This document shows positions 46,440 to 57,090 of a stretch of DNA of 64,000 nt, piece after piece. Both the position numbers and the translations under genes were made by a program. The DNA is taken from assembly GCF_002087085.1 (NCBI RefSeq), contig NZ_MWQY01000008.1, positions 1 through 64,000 on the forward strand, written 5' to 3'. A model generated the notes under the pieces. It made no database searches. It had not been told where the DNA came from and was given only the letters and a program-made list of their open reading frames with translations. Position 1 is the stretch's first letter, and every line of letters starts with the position of its first letter.

Positions 46440-48164
46440 ATGTTGAAAAAGTTCCATTTCTCGTCCTTTAAGACCCTGTTCTCCGTAATCGTGGTCCTCT
46501 CCCTGGTACCTGCCCTGGTGATTATAATATGGACCGGAGTTGAACACGGTTCCTCCCTGGAAGAATCCGTCAGGGATGAGGCCTTTCGGCAGGTGGAAAC
46601 CCTGTCCATGGTTCAGAGAGTCATTTCCCAGTCCGTTTATCAGACCCTGATGACCCTGTCGATTCTGCCATCCTTTACCGACGGAGATTACGAAACCCAG
46701 AACATGGTCATCGGCGATCTGCTCAAGAAGAATCCGGAGTTTGTTAATATCTCCACCGTGGACACACGGGGCAGAGTCAGGGCCTCCGCTTCCCCGAATC
46801 TGGAAACCGGAATCGACCTCTCCCAGCGGCGACATATCAGGGAAGCCCTTGCGGGGAAGGGTTTTGTCGCCGGAGAGTTTATAATTGCCTACGTGGACCA
46901 GGAGCAATCCTTTCCCTTTGCCCTGCCCCTGAGGAGCAGAGAGGGAGAAATCATCGGGGTGCTTAACGCCGTTTACCGGCTGAGTGTCTACCGGACCATC
47001 TTTGACCGTCTCGAGCTGCCGGAGGAGACCATTCTCGGGATTACCGATTTCCAGGGTATCCGGATCTTTTTTCATCCAAGGAAGAAGACCAATCCGGTTG
47101 GAAAACCCATAAAGCAATCCGTCTGGCAGGGTATGCAGAACACAGCCGACTCAGGAACCCTCGTCGATACCGGGTCCGACGGTATACGGCGCTTCTATGC
47201 TTACCGGAAAATCAGGCTCTCTCCGGAGAGCGACCCCTACCTGTACATCGTACTTGGGATACCGGAAAGGAATGCGACCCGTCCCTCCCTCAGTATCCTC
47301 TACCGAAACATTATACTGATTGCGGCGGCGGCTCTGCTGAGTATCATAATATCCTCGGTACTTGGGCATATAAGCCTGGGCAGAAAACTGAAGAGCCTCA
47401 TTCTGACGGTTAAGCAGATCCGGGAAGGAGACCTCTCCGCACGCACGGGAATCGTTGATTCCGAATCCGAAGTGGGGCAGGTCGCCGAAGCCATCGATAA
47501 CATGGCCAACAGCCTTGAAGAGAGGAATTTCGAACGGGACAAGGCGGAGCGGATTCTGTCGGAGGCCCTTGCCGAGCGGGAGACCCTCCTGAAAGAGGTC
47601 CACCACCGGGTAAAAAACAACATGCAGCTGATTCTGAGCCTTCTGCACCTGGAGCAGCAGAACAGCAGCAGCATCGAGGACTTTTCCCTTCAGCTGGAAA
47701 ACAGAATAATGGCCATGTCCACGGTCCATGAAATGATGTACCAGTCCGAGACCATTGCGGAAATCAATATGGAAGATTTCCTCGAGCGCCTTGGATCCGT
47801 AACCAGGAACCTCTACGCCGGACTCGTAATCGATGTTCAGGCTGAACAGCTGGTCCTGACCCTGGAAGAGGCCGTCCCCCTGGCTCTGATCGTAAATGAG
47901 CTGCTTACCAACTGCGCAAAATACGGGAAATCTCCCGACGGGGTTGCCCGGGTAAACATTGCAATGGGTTCTGATGCGGGAAACGCGACTCTGACCGTTC
48001 GGGACCACGGACCGGGTTTTCCGGAACCCCGGGAAGAGAACAATCCCACAAATCTCGGAATGCTTCTTGTCAGCACCCTGTCGGAACAGATCGGCGGGAA
48101 GGTCTCGTTCTCATCCCGGGAGGGAGCCGTTGTAGAGCTCAGCTTTCCGCTGCAGAGAGTTTAA
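46440..48164 (+). CDS. dCache + HAMP + HisKA_2 sensor histidine kinase
   Basis: TM-periplasmic Cache-like region-TM, HAMP, EVHHRVKNN, NELLTNCAKYG, DHGPG. Confidence 0.88.
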   Translation: MLKKFHFSSFKTLFSVIVVLSLVPALVIIIWTGVEHGSSLEESVRDEAFRQVETLSMVQRVISQSVYQTLMTLSILPSFTDGDYETQNMVIGDLLKKNPEFVNISTVDTRGRVRASASPNLETGIDLSQRRHIREALAGKGFVAGEFIIAYVDQEQSFPFALPLRSREGEIIGVLNAVYRLSVYRTIFDRLELPEETILGITDFQGIRIFFHPRKKTNPVGKPIKQSVWQGMQNTADSGTLVDTGSDGIRRFYAYRKIRLSPESDPYLYIVLGIPERNATRPSLSILYRNIILIAAAALLSIIISSVLGHISLGRKLKSLILTVKQIREGDLSARTGIVDSESEVGQVAEAIDNMANSLEERNFERDKAERILSEALAERETLLKEVHHRVKNNMQLILSLLHLEQQNSSSIEDFSLQLENRIMAMSTVHEMMYQSETIAEINMEDFLERLGSVTRNLYAGLVIDVQAEQLVLTLEEAVPLALIVNELLTNCAKYGKSPDGVARVNIAMGSDAGNATLTVRDHGPGFPEPREENNPTNLGMLLVSTLSEQIGGKVSFSSREGAVVELSFPLQRV

Positions 48165-48256
48165 GCTTTCCCCGGGGACCTGTCGCATGTTTACCTATAG
48201 CATCACCGGCAAATAACTAGTATCCTTCCTGATATCCAGTTTTCAGGAGTTCCGAG

Positions 48257-48742
48257 ATGTCTCAATGTCCATGCGGCAGCGGAAAAAGTTTTTCCGCCTG
48301 CTGTGAACCGTACCTTACCGGTGCTGCCGATGCCCCCACTGCCGAGGCGCTGATGCGTTCGCGCTATACAGCCTACACCCTCAACAAAACAGCCTATATT
48401 GAGTCGAGCCACGACCCGGAAACCAGGGATTCCCTGGATCTCGAGGCAACCGGCCGCTGGGCCGGTGAATCAGAATGGCTCGGGTTGAAGATTCTGCGAA
48501 CCGAAGCCGGCGGCAAAAAGGATGACAGGGGAATAGTCGAGTTCGAGGCCCGCTACAGGCAGAACGGGGAAGAGGTCCTGCACCACGAAGAGAGCATCTT
48601 CATCAGGCGTGGGGGCACCTGGTTCTTTCACGACGGACATAAACCTTCCCTTACGGTAGTCCGGGAGGAACCCAAGGTCGGCCGCAACGATCCCTGTCCC
48701 TGCGGCAGTGGGAAAAAATATAAAAAATGCTGCGGCAGTTAG
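48257..48742 (+). CDS. YchJ family protein with SEC-C motifs
   Basis: CPCGSG at the N-terminus, [34 protein letters not shown]. Confidence 0.92.
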   Translation: MSQCPCGSGKSFSACCEPYLTGAADAPTAEALMRSRYTAYTLNKTAYIESSHDPETRDSLDLEATGRWAGESEWLGLKILRTEAGGKKDDRGIVEFEARYRQNGEEVLHHEESIFIRRGGTWFFHDGHKPSLTVVREEPKVGRNDPCPCGSGKKYKKCCGS

Positions 48743-48767
48743 CCTTGCAGCGGAAAGGAACTGCTCC

Positions 48768-51239
48768 CTATCTGTTCAGAAAGCTGATGTAATTTTCGAT
48801 CTCCTCAGGGATCTTTACACCGGCTTTTTCGAAGCGTTTCTTTCGCGATTCCAGACGGAGCAGCTCTTTCCGGATCCGGTTCTGATACTTTGTCTCCATG
48901 TCGGTAAACAGGGGCTTCCTGGCCATCTCTTTTCGATGCTCCTCGGGAAAGGGAGCATAGCGGTAGAAGATCTCCCTGACCGCCGGATTCATTCTCAGCC
49001 GTCCCTCGAACTCGTAGTTGACCCAGGTAAGGTAATCACTGGTAAAGCGATCCCGGTCCGACCGGGTTTTCTGAATAAACTCTCTGAGTTTTTCCTTGGC
49101 CTCCGGGGTGAGTTTGGGATTCCTCCGATAGAAATTGATATAATCGTAGTAGGCGCCGACAATTCCCCCTTCGATGGGGTCGGTCCATTTGACCCCGGCC
49201 ATGGTCTTCTGCAGTTCCCAGCGGAACTGGGCCAGCACGGTGGGGATGGCCTCATCAAGACTCTCCGTAAAGAAGAGGGGTACAAAGATCCTCCCGGGGC
49301 TCTCACGTTTTGTACCGTCCAGCTCCTGCCACATCATGGCCCGGGAGCCGCTTACGGGATACAGTACAAAATTCGGCAGAAGCTCCTTGAACACCAGATC
49401 GTTACCGAACTTGTGGTGCAGAACAACCTCCCGGTAGAACACGGAAAAATCCCGTTCCCGATAACTGTTCACCCCTTCTCCCAGGGTCTCCGGTTCAATC
49501 AGCATTCGTTCCGCGGATCCCACAAAGGCTTCACTGCACAGAAAAGGAACGGAGCGCTGTCGTGCTCCCGAAAGCAGGCCGCCGGTCTGGGAGACCACAT
49601 TATGCAGTTCAAAACGCACCCGGTCCTCCGCCGTATCCTTGTACATATAGACGGAACTCTTCTGGGCTTTGGTCATTTTCGCCTGGCGTTTCAGAACTTC
49701 CCGAAAGGATTGCCCCATCTCGGTGATGGAGGGCAGAATTTCAGACCGGTAAATTTTTTCAAGAAAATAGGGCAGGGTCATGACCGGAATCTGCTCATCC
49801 GCATAGAGTACCCGTGAATAGGCATCGTCTATAGTGGCGAGATCCTCCCGGCTCAGAAGCGTCTCATCCACAAGACCGAAATGAAGCATGATACCCGGAA
49901 TAAAGCCCTTTAAATCCGTGTCGATGATTTTTAGAAAACATTTTTCATAGAGCTGCCAGTACTGCCCGCTGAGGGTTTCCCGCAGGTCCCTGAGGCCGCT
50001 GCCGAATTTATCCTGAGCCCCTCCGAAGCTGCGCATATTCTCCCTGAAGCTTTCGGAAAAATCACTGTCCATATCCGAAAACTCCAGGATCCGGTCAAGG
50101 AGATTGGCGTACTTTGCGAGACCTGACGCCCCATCCTTCTCTCCGCTTTTAGAGGTTCTCCGGCCTTTCCCCTCGAGCTCGAGGTCCTGGTACTGTCCAA
50201 GGCTGGAATAAACCGGAAATTCCCTGGCAAGATCGACCCCCAGCAGTTTTCTGGCATCCTGACGACAACGCCAGCAGAAGCGTCCCAGGTAATGGTTGAA
50301 AATCCCGGCCTTTTCACTCTCCGCCGGCTGGCGTTCAAGGGTCTGGTCAATCCAGCCGTCCTCAAGAAAGAGTCTCCGGATAAGATCATCAATCTCCGTA
50401 ACCAGGTGAAGGTTCTCATGAACCATTGTTTCGAGGGCCTTGCTCAGAAACTGGAAAATATAGAAATTGAGGGGTTCATCCTTTTTAAAGAGGGAGATCA
50501 GAATCTCATCGGGTTTCTGGACCAGCCGCTTCAGAAAAATGAGCTGCTGATAATCGATCATGTTCTCCACAACCCGGGCGTCCTGTTCCTCGTACAGACC
50601 CATAGCCTGCTGCAGACGGCCAAGAAAGAGATTATGGTCCCAGGGATCAGGCGCCTGAAGCCCCTCGGCGGCATTTATCCTCTTCCGGAGACAGGCGGCA
50701 TATTCCGCCAGATCTGCATTCTCCCTAGTGCAGGGGAGTTCTGCCGGACCGCTGTCCTCCGGAAAATCCCCGGCCAGGGCCAGGGTATCGGCTATGGAGG
50801 CAAATTTGTGCCAGAGATACTTATAATTTTTATGCAGAAAGACCGCCGATTCTATGCGCTGGGCGAGGGCACGCAGCACCTGCAGATTCAGCGAGATTCT
50901 GGACTGGAGAAGATGGATGATTTTTTCGTGTTTAACCGGAATAATGGTGACAATACAGTCGGTAACAGCCCGAATGGAGGTCTCATAGGGACCTTCTTCC
51001 CTGATGCCGAGGATACCGAATATGGACTCCCCCTTGATCAGTCCCACCCGAATACTGCTGTCTATAAGCTCCTCAGGGTCCGGGGGCAGGTCCCCTCCAC
51101 TGCGGGAACAGGAGAGGACCTCCGCCAGACCCGAGTGAAGCATGCTCATGGCCTTGGCGGTTTCTCCCTGAAGTATCAGGATCGTCCCCGCCGCAACCTT
51201 TTTCCGTTTTATCTCTTCGCTTAAGTCAAGTCGCTCCAT
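48768..51239 (-). CDS. Large protein with an N-terminal cyclic-nucleotide-binding-like domain and an uncharacterised C-terminal region
   Basis: ILILQGE..SG..EV, GESIFG, SIRAVTDC resemble the cNMP beta-barrel; the remaining ~680 aa are not recognised. Confidence 0.7.
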   Translation of the reverse strand: MERLDLSEEIKRKKVAAGTILILQGETAKAMSMLHSGLAEVLSCSRSGGDLPPDPEELIDSSIRVGLIKGESIFGILGIREEGPYETSIRAVTDCIVTIIPVKHEKIIHLLQSRISLNLQVLRALAQRIESAVFLHKNYKYLWHKFASIADTLALAGDFPEDSGPAELPCTRENADLAEYAACLRKRINAAEGLQAPDPWDHNLFLGRLQQAMGLYEEQDARVVENMIDYQQLIFLKRLVQKPDEILISLFKKDEPLNFYIFQFLSKALETMVHENLHLVTEIDDLIRRLFLEDGWIDQTLERQPAESEKAGIFNHYLGRFCWRCRQDARKLLGVDLAREFPVYSSLGQYQDLELEGKGRRTSKSGEKDGASGLAKYANLLDRILEFSDMDSDFSESFRENMRSFGGAQDKFGSGLRDLRETLSGQYWQLYEKCFLKIIDTDLKGFIPGIMLHFGLVDETLLSREDLATIDDAYSRVLYADEQIPVMTLPYFLEKIYRSEILPSITEMGQSFREVLKRQAKMTKAQKSSVYMYKDTAEDRVRFELHNVVSQTGGLLSGARQRSVPFLCSEAFVGSAERMLIEPETLGEGVNSYRERDFSVFYREVVLHHKFGNDLVFKELLPNFVLYPVSGSRAMMWQELDGTKRESPGRIFVPLFFTESLDEAIPTVLAQFRWELQKTMAGVKWTDPIEGGIVGAYYDYINFYRRNPKLTPEAKEKLREFIQKTRSDRDRFTSDYLTWVNYEFEGRLRMNPAVREIFYRYAPFPEEHRKEMARKPLFTDMETKYQNRIRKELLRLESRKKRFEKAGVKIPEEIENYISFLNR

Positions 51240-51292
51240 ATACAGCCTATGGTAGTAGGCCTTGGAAACAAATACAATAGCCGGAATGCCGC

Positions 51293-52264
51293 CTACTTAT
51301 TGAAGAGGTGACAGGCAACCTGGTGGCCCGGGGCTGCTTCGGTAATCTCCGGGTATTTCTCCTCGCAGATCGGCATCTTGTAGGGACAGCGGGGATGAAA
51401 GTGGCAGCCCGAGGGTGGATTTATCGGAGAAGGCACATCCCCCATGACTACCCGTTTTTTCTGATCCCTTTTGGCTGGATCATTTACCGGATAGGCGGCA
51501 AAAAGAGTCTTGGTGTAGGGATGCAGGGGATTGGCCATCAGCTCCACCTTATCCGCCAGTTCAACGATTTTCCCCAGGTACATAACCATGATCCGGGTGG
51601 AGATAAACTCAACCACCGAAAGGTCATGGGAGATGAACATATAGGTAAGCTTGTGTTTCTGCTGCAGGTCCAGAAGAAGGTTCAGTATCTGGGCCTGGAC
51701 GGAAACATCCAGAGCACTGACCGCTTCGTCGCAGACAATGAACTCCGGATTCAGGGCAAGGGCCCGGGCTATACCGATACGCTGACGCTGCCCGCCGGAA
51801 AACTGATGGGGAAAGCGACGCTGATGCCTGGGGTTAAGCCCCACCTCCTGCATCAGGCTCTCCACCCTTTCCTGGATCTCCGCATCGCTTCCTGTTTTAT
51901 GAATTTTATAGGGCTGTTTCAGCAGGGAGATTACCTTTTTTCGGGGATTCAGGGAGGATGAGGGGTCCTGAAAGATCATCTGCATCTTCTTCCGGTACTG
52001 CTTCATCTCCTTATGGTGAAGGGAGAATATATCCGTTCCCCGGTACAGGACATCCCCCGCGGCCTTCTCTTCAAGACGAAGAATAGTCCGGCCCAGGGTC
52101 GACTTGCCGCAGCCCGACTCTCCCACGACTCCCAGAACATCACCTTCGCTGATGGTCAGACTGACATCGTTTACAGCACGCAGAAGGGCCTTTTCCTGGT
52201 GCTGGCTTTTAACTTCAAAAACAGTATGCAGCCTGTCAGCATTAAGTACTGTATCGCCGCTCAT
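51293..52264 (-). CDS. dppF: Dipeptide/oligopeptide ABC ATPase
   Basis: [38 protein letters not shown]. Confidence 0.9.
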   Translation of the reverse strand: MSGDTVLNADRLHTVFEVKSQHQEKALLRAVNDVSLTISEGDVLGVVGESGCGKSTLGRTILRLEEKAAGDVLYRGTDIFSLHHKEMKQYRKKMQMIFQDPSSSLNPRKKVISLLKQPYKIHKTGSDAEIQERVESLMQEVGLNPRHQRRFPHQFSGGQRQRIGIARALALNPEFIVCDEAVSALDVSVQAQILNLLLDLQQKHKLTYMFISHDLSVVEFISTRIMVMYLGKIVELADKVELMANPLHPYTKTLFAAYPVNDPAKRDQKKRVVMGDVPSPINPPSGCHFHPRCPYKMPICEEKYPEITEAAPGHQVACHLFNK

Positions 52265-53298
52265 TCTTTGCTCTCCTTGACTGCAGAAAGATTGTGACAC
52301 CAGGCTGAGTGATCCTCAGAAAGCCTGGTCTCGTCGGGGAACTCTTTGCCGCAGATTTCCGTGGCATAACGGCAGCGGTTCATGAAGGGACAGCCTTCAC
52401 CGATGCTCAGAAGATCCGGAACCGTCCCGGGGATCGCCTCCAGTCGTACAGCACCGCGGTACTTTTCGTTGGAGGGAAGGGAGTTCATAAGTCCCAGGGT
52501 ATAGGGGTGGCTGGGCTCCCGGAAAAGGGAGAATACGTCTCCTTCCTCGACCTTGCGCCCGGCGTACATTACCACCACATGGTCCGCGGTCTCGGCGACG
52601 ACACCCATATCGTGGGTTATCAGCAGCAGGGACATGCCGATACGCTGCTGCAGGGAGACCATAAGATCCAGTATCTGGGCCTGAATGGTGACATCCAGGG
52701 CCGTTGTAGGCTCATCGGCAATCATCAGACCAGGATCGGGACTGGCAAGGGCCATGGCAATCATCGCCCGCTGCCGCATGCCCCCGGAAAGCTGGTGAGG
52801 ATAGCTCTCGGCCCGTTTCGCGGGGCTGGGAATCTTTACCAGGTTCAGGAGCTCAACCGCCCGCTCCCAGGCCTCCGCTTTACTCAAGGCATGGTGGGTC
52901 AGGAAGACATCCGCGATCTGTTTTCCCACGGAGAATACAGGGTTCAGGGAGGTCATGGGCTCCTGAAAAATCATGGAGATCTTCTCTCCCCTGATTTTCT
53001 GCATCTCCTTCTCACTCTTTTTCAGAAGGTCCTCGCCCTTGAACCAGATCTCACCGGAGACAATCTTTCCGGGAGGCACGGGCAGTAACTGATTGATGGA
53101 ATGGGCGGTAACCGATTTACCGCATCCCGACTCTCCCACCAGTGCGAGGGTCTTGCCATTGGGAATGGAAAAGGAGAGGTTTCTGACAGCCTTCACGACA
53201 CCCCGCTGGGTATAGAAGTTGACCGAAAGACCTTTGACATCGATCATGGTGTCGGCGCTGTTCTGCTTGTCCGTTTTCTGTTTTTCTGTAGTCTGCAT
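52261..53298 (-). CDS. dppD: Dipeptide/oligopeptide ABC ATPase
   Basis: [34 protein letters not shown]. Start at MQTTEK, after the dppC stop. Confidence 0.9.
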   Translation of the reverse strand: MQTTEKQKTDKQNSADTMIDVKGLSVNFYTQRGVVKAVRNLSFSIPNGKTLALVGESGCGKSVTAHSINQLLPVPPGKIVSGEIWFKGEDLLKKSEKEMQKIRGEKISMIFQEPMTSLNPVFSVGKQIADVFLTHHALSKAEAWERAVELLNLVKIPSPAKRAESYPHQLSGGMRQRAMIAMALASPDPGLMIADEPTTALDVTIQAQILDLMVSLQQRIGMSLLLITHDMGVVAETADHVVVMYAGRKVEEGDVFSLFREPSHPYTLGLMNSLPSNEKYRGAVRLEAIPGTVPDLLSIGEGCPFMNRCRYATEICGKEFPDETRLSEDHSAWCHNLSAVKESKE

Positions 53299-53312
53299 AA
53301 TTTGTCCGTGTA

Positions 53313-54203
53313 TTAATCCCTGAGTTTGGGATCGAGTATGTCCCGCAGACCGTCGCCGAAGAGGTTGAAACCCAGTACCGCGAAAAGGGTTGCAAGACCG
53401 GGAAACGTGACGATCCACCAGGCGTTGGTTATGAACTCCCGGGAACTGGCAATCATGAGGCCCCATTCCGGGGTGGGAGGCTGAGCACCAAGACCGAGAA
53501 AAGAGAGGGCCGCTGAGCTCAGGATTGCCTCGCCTACCCCCAGGGTGGCCTGTACCGAAACCGGAGCCAGGCAATTGGGAAGTATGGAGAGAAACATCAG
53601 CGAGAAGGGGGAGGCCCCCAGGGAGCGTTCGGCGGTAACATAATCGTTCTCCTTTTCCGCCAGCACAGAGGCACGCACAAGCCGGGCATACCGCGGAATT
53701 TGACTGATTCCAATGGCAACCATGGCATTGAACAGACTCGGCCCCAGAACCGCCACAATAACGATGGTAAGGAGGATATAGGGAAAGGCCAGCATGATGT
53801 CGATTAGCCGCATGACAATCTTGTCATACAGACCACCGATGTATCCGGAGGTAACCCCGATCAGCATCCCGAAGCCCATGGCAATACCGACAGAAACAAC
53901 ACCGATAACCATGGAGATCCGGGCGCCGTACATGAGCCGGCTCAGCATGTCCCGCCCCAGGTCATCGGTACCAAGAAAATATCCCGGGGAAAAGGGCGGC
54001 AGCGTACGGTCGGCTATGATCTGGTCATAGGGGCTTTTGGGCGACAGGAGGGGGGCAAATATTCCCACCAGCAGAAAAAGGGCGATTATAACGAGACCGG
54101 CCACGGCGGCGCGGTTCTGTTTGAGGTTGTGCAGGGACTCCTGAAAGGGTGTGGGGTCCTTGACCTCGATTATATTTCCGTTCTGTACAAGAGATTCATT
54201 CAT
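53313..54203 (-). CDS. dppC: Dipeptide ABC permease
   Basis: LGTDDLGRD, SFLGLG..PTPEWG, GDGLRD.LDP. Confidence 0.92.
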   Translation of the reverse strand: MNESLVQNGNIIEVKDPTPFQESLHNLKQNRAAVAGLVIIALFLLVGIFAPLLSPKSPYDQIIADRTLPPFSPGYFLGTDDLGRDMLSRLMYGARISMVIGVVSVGIAMGFGMLIGVTSGYIGGLYDKIVMRLIDIMLAFPYILLTIVIVAVLGPSLFNAMVAIGISQIPRYARLVRASVLAEKENDYVTAERSLGASPFSLMFLSILPNCLAPVSVQATLGVGEAILSSAALSFLGLGAQPPTPEWGLMIASSREFITNAWWIVTFPGLATLFAVLGFNLFGDGLRDILDPKLRD

Positions 54204-54212
54204 ACCTGTTAC

Positions 54213-55229
54213 CTACTTGAGCCGTACTTTCGGGTTAACCACGGAATAGAGAATATCCACCAGAAGATTGATAAGGACGAAAACGGTGGAAATTACAATG
54301 ATACCCCCCTGCACCGCGGGGTAATCTCTGGCGGAGATGGAATGGTAGATCCACTTGCCGATCCCCGGCCAGGCAAAAATCGTCTCCGTAAGGATCGCTC
54401 CCGACAGGAGAAGTCCGAACTGGATACCGATAACAGTAATAATCGGCAGCAGGGCATTTTTCAACGCGTAGCGGTAAACAACCTTCCGTTCAGGTATTCC
54501 GGCGGCCCGTGCGGTCTTTACATAGTCCTGCTTGAGGACCTCCAGCATGGAACTCCGGGTAGTCCGGGCTATAATTGCCAGGGGGATGGTTCCCAGGGCG
54601 ACGGAAGGAAGAATCAGGTGTTTCAGCGCGGAGCCCAGGTAGTGCCAGTCTCCGGTTTTAAAAACAGCAATAAGGGAATCAATGAGATAGAAATTGGTTA
54701 TGGTATCCATGTAATACCGAACGTTCATCCGGCCCCCGGTGGGGAAAAGGTCGAAGAATACGGAGAAAATCATGATCAGTACGAGGCCGAGCCAGAAAAC
54801 CGGCATGGAGACCCCAAAAAGCGCACCCACCATGGAGACATAGTCAACCATGGTGTTTCGCCGGGTAGCCGATATTACTCCTATTATTATCCCCGCCACC
54901 GAGGCAATCAACATGGCAAAAAAAGCCAGTTCCATTGTTGCCGGAAAAAGTTCAAGAACCTCTTCCACAACGGGTCTCCCGGTGGTAATGGATTTGCCAA
55001 GGTCGAGATGTGCTATTCGTCCGAGATAGGAAAAGTACTGCTCGTGCAGAGGCCGGTCGAGCCCCATGTCCGCCCGCAGCTTTGCCAGCTGCTCGGCAGA
55101 AGCCCTTTCCCCCAGCATGACCCTGGCGGGATCACCGGGAGATAGGGCTATCATAAAGAATACCAAAGTTATTACGCCCAGCAGGGTCGGAATCAACAGA
55201 CCCAGGCGTTTCAGAATGTATTTACCCAT
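54213..55229 (-). CDS. dppB: Dipeptide ABC permease
   Basis: PGDPA, DLGKS, PATMEL, DYVKTARA, RDYP. Confidence 0.92.
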   Translation of the reverse strand: MGKYILKRLGLLIPTLLGVITLVFFMIALSPGDPARVMLGERASAEQLAKLRADMGLDRPLHEQYFSYLGRIAHLDLGKSITTGRPVVEEVLELFPATMELAFFAMLIASVAGIIIGVISATRRNTMVDYVSMVGALFGVSMPVFWLGLVLIMIFSVFFDLFPTGGRMNVRYYMDTITNFYLIDSLIAVFKTGDWHYLGSALKHLILPSVALGTIPLAIIARTTRSSMLEVLKQDYVKTARAAGIPERKVVYRYALKNALLPIITVIGIQFGLLLSGAILTETIFAWPGIGKWIYHSISARDYPAVQGGIIVISTVFVLINLLVDILYSVVNPKVRLK

Positions 55230-55327
55230 ATAAATGGTGTCCTGGAATTAGAGGATACGGGCATCCCCCGGGGAACCGGGGGAGCCCATTCATGGTATTG
55301 TAACAGAAAATTAGCAGTTATGTCAGG

Positions 55328-56935
55328 TTATTTTTCGATCCAGACACCGCGGAAAACACGTTTTCCCGTGGGATAGATGTGGAATCCCTGAACACTATTC
55401 TTCATGGGAACAGAAACAACCGAGTGAGCGATGGGAAGCCAGGGGGCCTCTTCCTTGAAGACAACCTGGGCCTTTTCGTACAGTTCGGTACGACGGGCCT
55501 GATCCATGGTCTCCTTGGCTTCTTTGATCAGAGCGGTAAACTCGGCGTTCTTCCAGGCAGCGATGTTTCCGGCGGGAGGCTCAGCCGCGGGTGCGGAGAG
55601 AAGTACCCACAGGAAGTTGTCGGGGTCACCATTGTCTCCGGTCCAGCCGAGCATGGCCATGTCGTGCTCCAGGTTGTCGGTCTTGTCCAGGTAGGTTCCC
55701 CATTCGTAGGAGACGATCTCTGCGTCTACCCCGATTTCGGCGAACTGGGCCTGCATGATCTCGGCGATCTTACGGGCGTTGGGGTTGTAGGGCCGTGCAA
55801 CCGGCATTGCCCAGAGTTGGGTGGAGAAGCCGTTGGGGAAGCCTGCCTGGGCCAGCAGCTGCTTTGCCTTGGCGGGATCGTAGGGATAATCCTTGATGTC
55901 GTCGTTATAGGACCACATGGTGGGGGGCAGAGGGTTCTTGGCGGGGGTTCCCGCGGAACCGTAGACTGCGGTAATGATCTCTTCCTTGTTGATGGCGTAG
56001 TTCAGGGCCTGGCGAACAAGCTTGTTGTCAAAGGGTTTTTTGCTGGTATTGAATGCCAGATATCCGACATTCAGTCCTTCCTGCTGCAAAACCTTGACAT
56101 TGGGATCGTTCTTCATAGCCTGCAGGTCCTGGGCAGAGGGGAAGTCGATTACATCCACTTCGCCTTTCTGCAGGGCAAGCCAGCGGGCGGTTGCATCGGG
56201 AATGACCCGGAGGATAAGACGATCCAGGTAGACATCGTCCGCCCAGTAGCCCTCGTTGCGCTCGAAGATGATGGCATCGTCCTTGCGCCACTCGACGAAC
56301 TTGAAGGGACCGGTTCCCACGGGATTGTTTTTGAAGTCTTCCCCGAGTTTTTCAACAGCGGCGGGGGATACGATGCCTGCGAAATCCATGGCCAGGTTGG
56401 CGAGGAAGGGGGCTTCCGGTTTTTTCAGGTCAAAGCGTACGGTGTAATCATCCACAGCAACAACCGCATCGACGATGTTACTCATGTCCATGTAACCCCA
56501 GTACTTCCAGGGTCCCAGATCATAGTAGGGATGATCTTCCTTGAACTGGCGTTCGAAGGTAAATACGACTGCATCGGCGGTAAAATCGGTCCCGTCGTGG
56601 AACTTTACGCCTTTGCGCAGATTAAAGGTAACCGACAGATTGTCGTCCGCAACTTCCCAGCTTTCCGCCAGGGCAGGCCGAACCTCGGTTTTTCCGGGGA
56701 CAAACTCCACCAGGTTGTCAAATACAGCGGTGGCGCCGTAAAAGGATTCACCGTCGGTTTCCCGGGCAGGATCGAGTCCTACAGAGTCGCCGGAACGGGC
56801 AAAAACCAGGGTCCCGCCCATTTTTCCGTCGCCGCCTGCGCTGGATGCAGCTTCCTGTTCACCACCGGCAAATGCCATGGGCACAGCAAGCAGAAGAACT
56901 AAAGCGACGGATAGAAACATAATGCTTCGCTTCAT
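55328..56935 (-). CDS. dppA: Dipeptide ABC substrate-binding protein
   Basis: LDPA, LAESW, LRKGVKFHDG, PVGTGPF, AMPVARPYNPN, GWTGDNGDPDNF. Confidence 0.93.
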   Translation of the reverse strand: MKRSIMFLSVALVLLLAVPMAFAGGEQEAASSAGGDGKMGGTLVFARSGDSVGLDPARETDGESFYGATAVFDNLVEFVPGKTEVRPALAESWEVADDNLSVTFNLRKGVKFHDGTDFTADAVVFTFERQFKEDHPYYDLGPWKYWGYMDMSNIVDAVVAVDDYTVRFDLKKPEAPFLANLAMDFAGIVSPAAVEKLGEDFKNNPVGTGPFKFVEWRKDDAIIFERNEGYWADDVYLDRLILRVIPDATARWLALQKGEVDVIDFPSAQDLQAMKNDPNVKVLQQEGLNVGYLAFNTSKKPFDNKLVRQALNYAINKEEIITAVYGSAGTPAKNPLPPTMWSYNDDIKDYPYDPAKAKQLLAQAGFPNGFSTQLWAMPVARPYNPNARKIAEIMQAQFAEIGVDAEIVSYEWGTYLDKTDNLEHDMAMLGWTGDNGDPDNFLWVLLSAPAAEPPAGNIAAWKNAEFTALIKEAKETMDQARRTELYEKAQVVFKEEAPWLPIAHSVVSVPMKNSVQGFHIYPTGKRVFRGVWIEK

Positions 56936-57090
56936 CAGAGTACTCCTCTTTTTACTTGAAACAGATTTTAGACATATACAATGTCTTTAGCTTAGAGCCA
57001 TCTAAAAAAATTATCATACTGATATATTATGTCAAGTATATTTACTGTTCTAATCGGCCGCTTGGCCAAAAAAACAGTTCAAAATGCCGG

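Noticed and set aside
52261..53574. 437-aa version of dppD
   Set aside because: The extension overlaps dppC in another frame; the ATPase starts at 53298.
55259..55287. GC-rich hairpin between dppA and dppB
   Set aside because: A typical mRNA-stabilising or attenuating stem after a binding-protein gene; not unusual.
55379..56902. 507-aa plus-strand ORF, and similar long ORFs at 16946-18250, 10535-11554, 48708-49817 and 54129-55145
   Set aside because: Antisense shadows of well-supported genes in GC-rich coding DNA; no motifs recognised.
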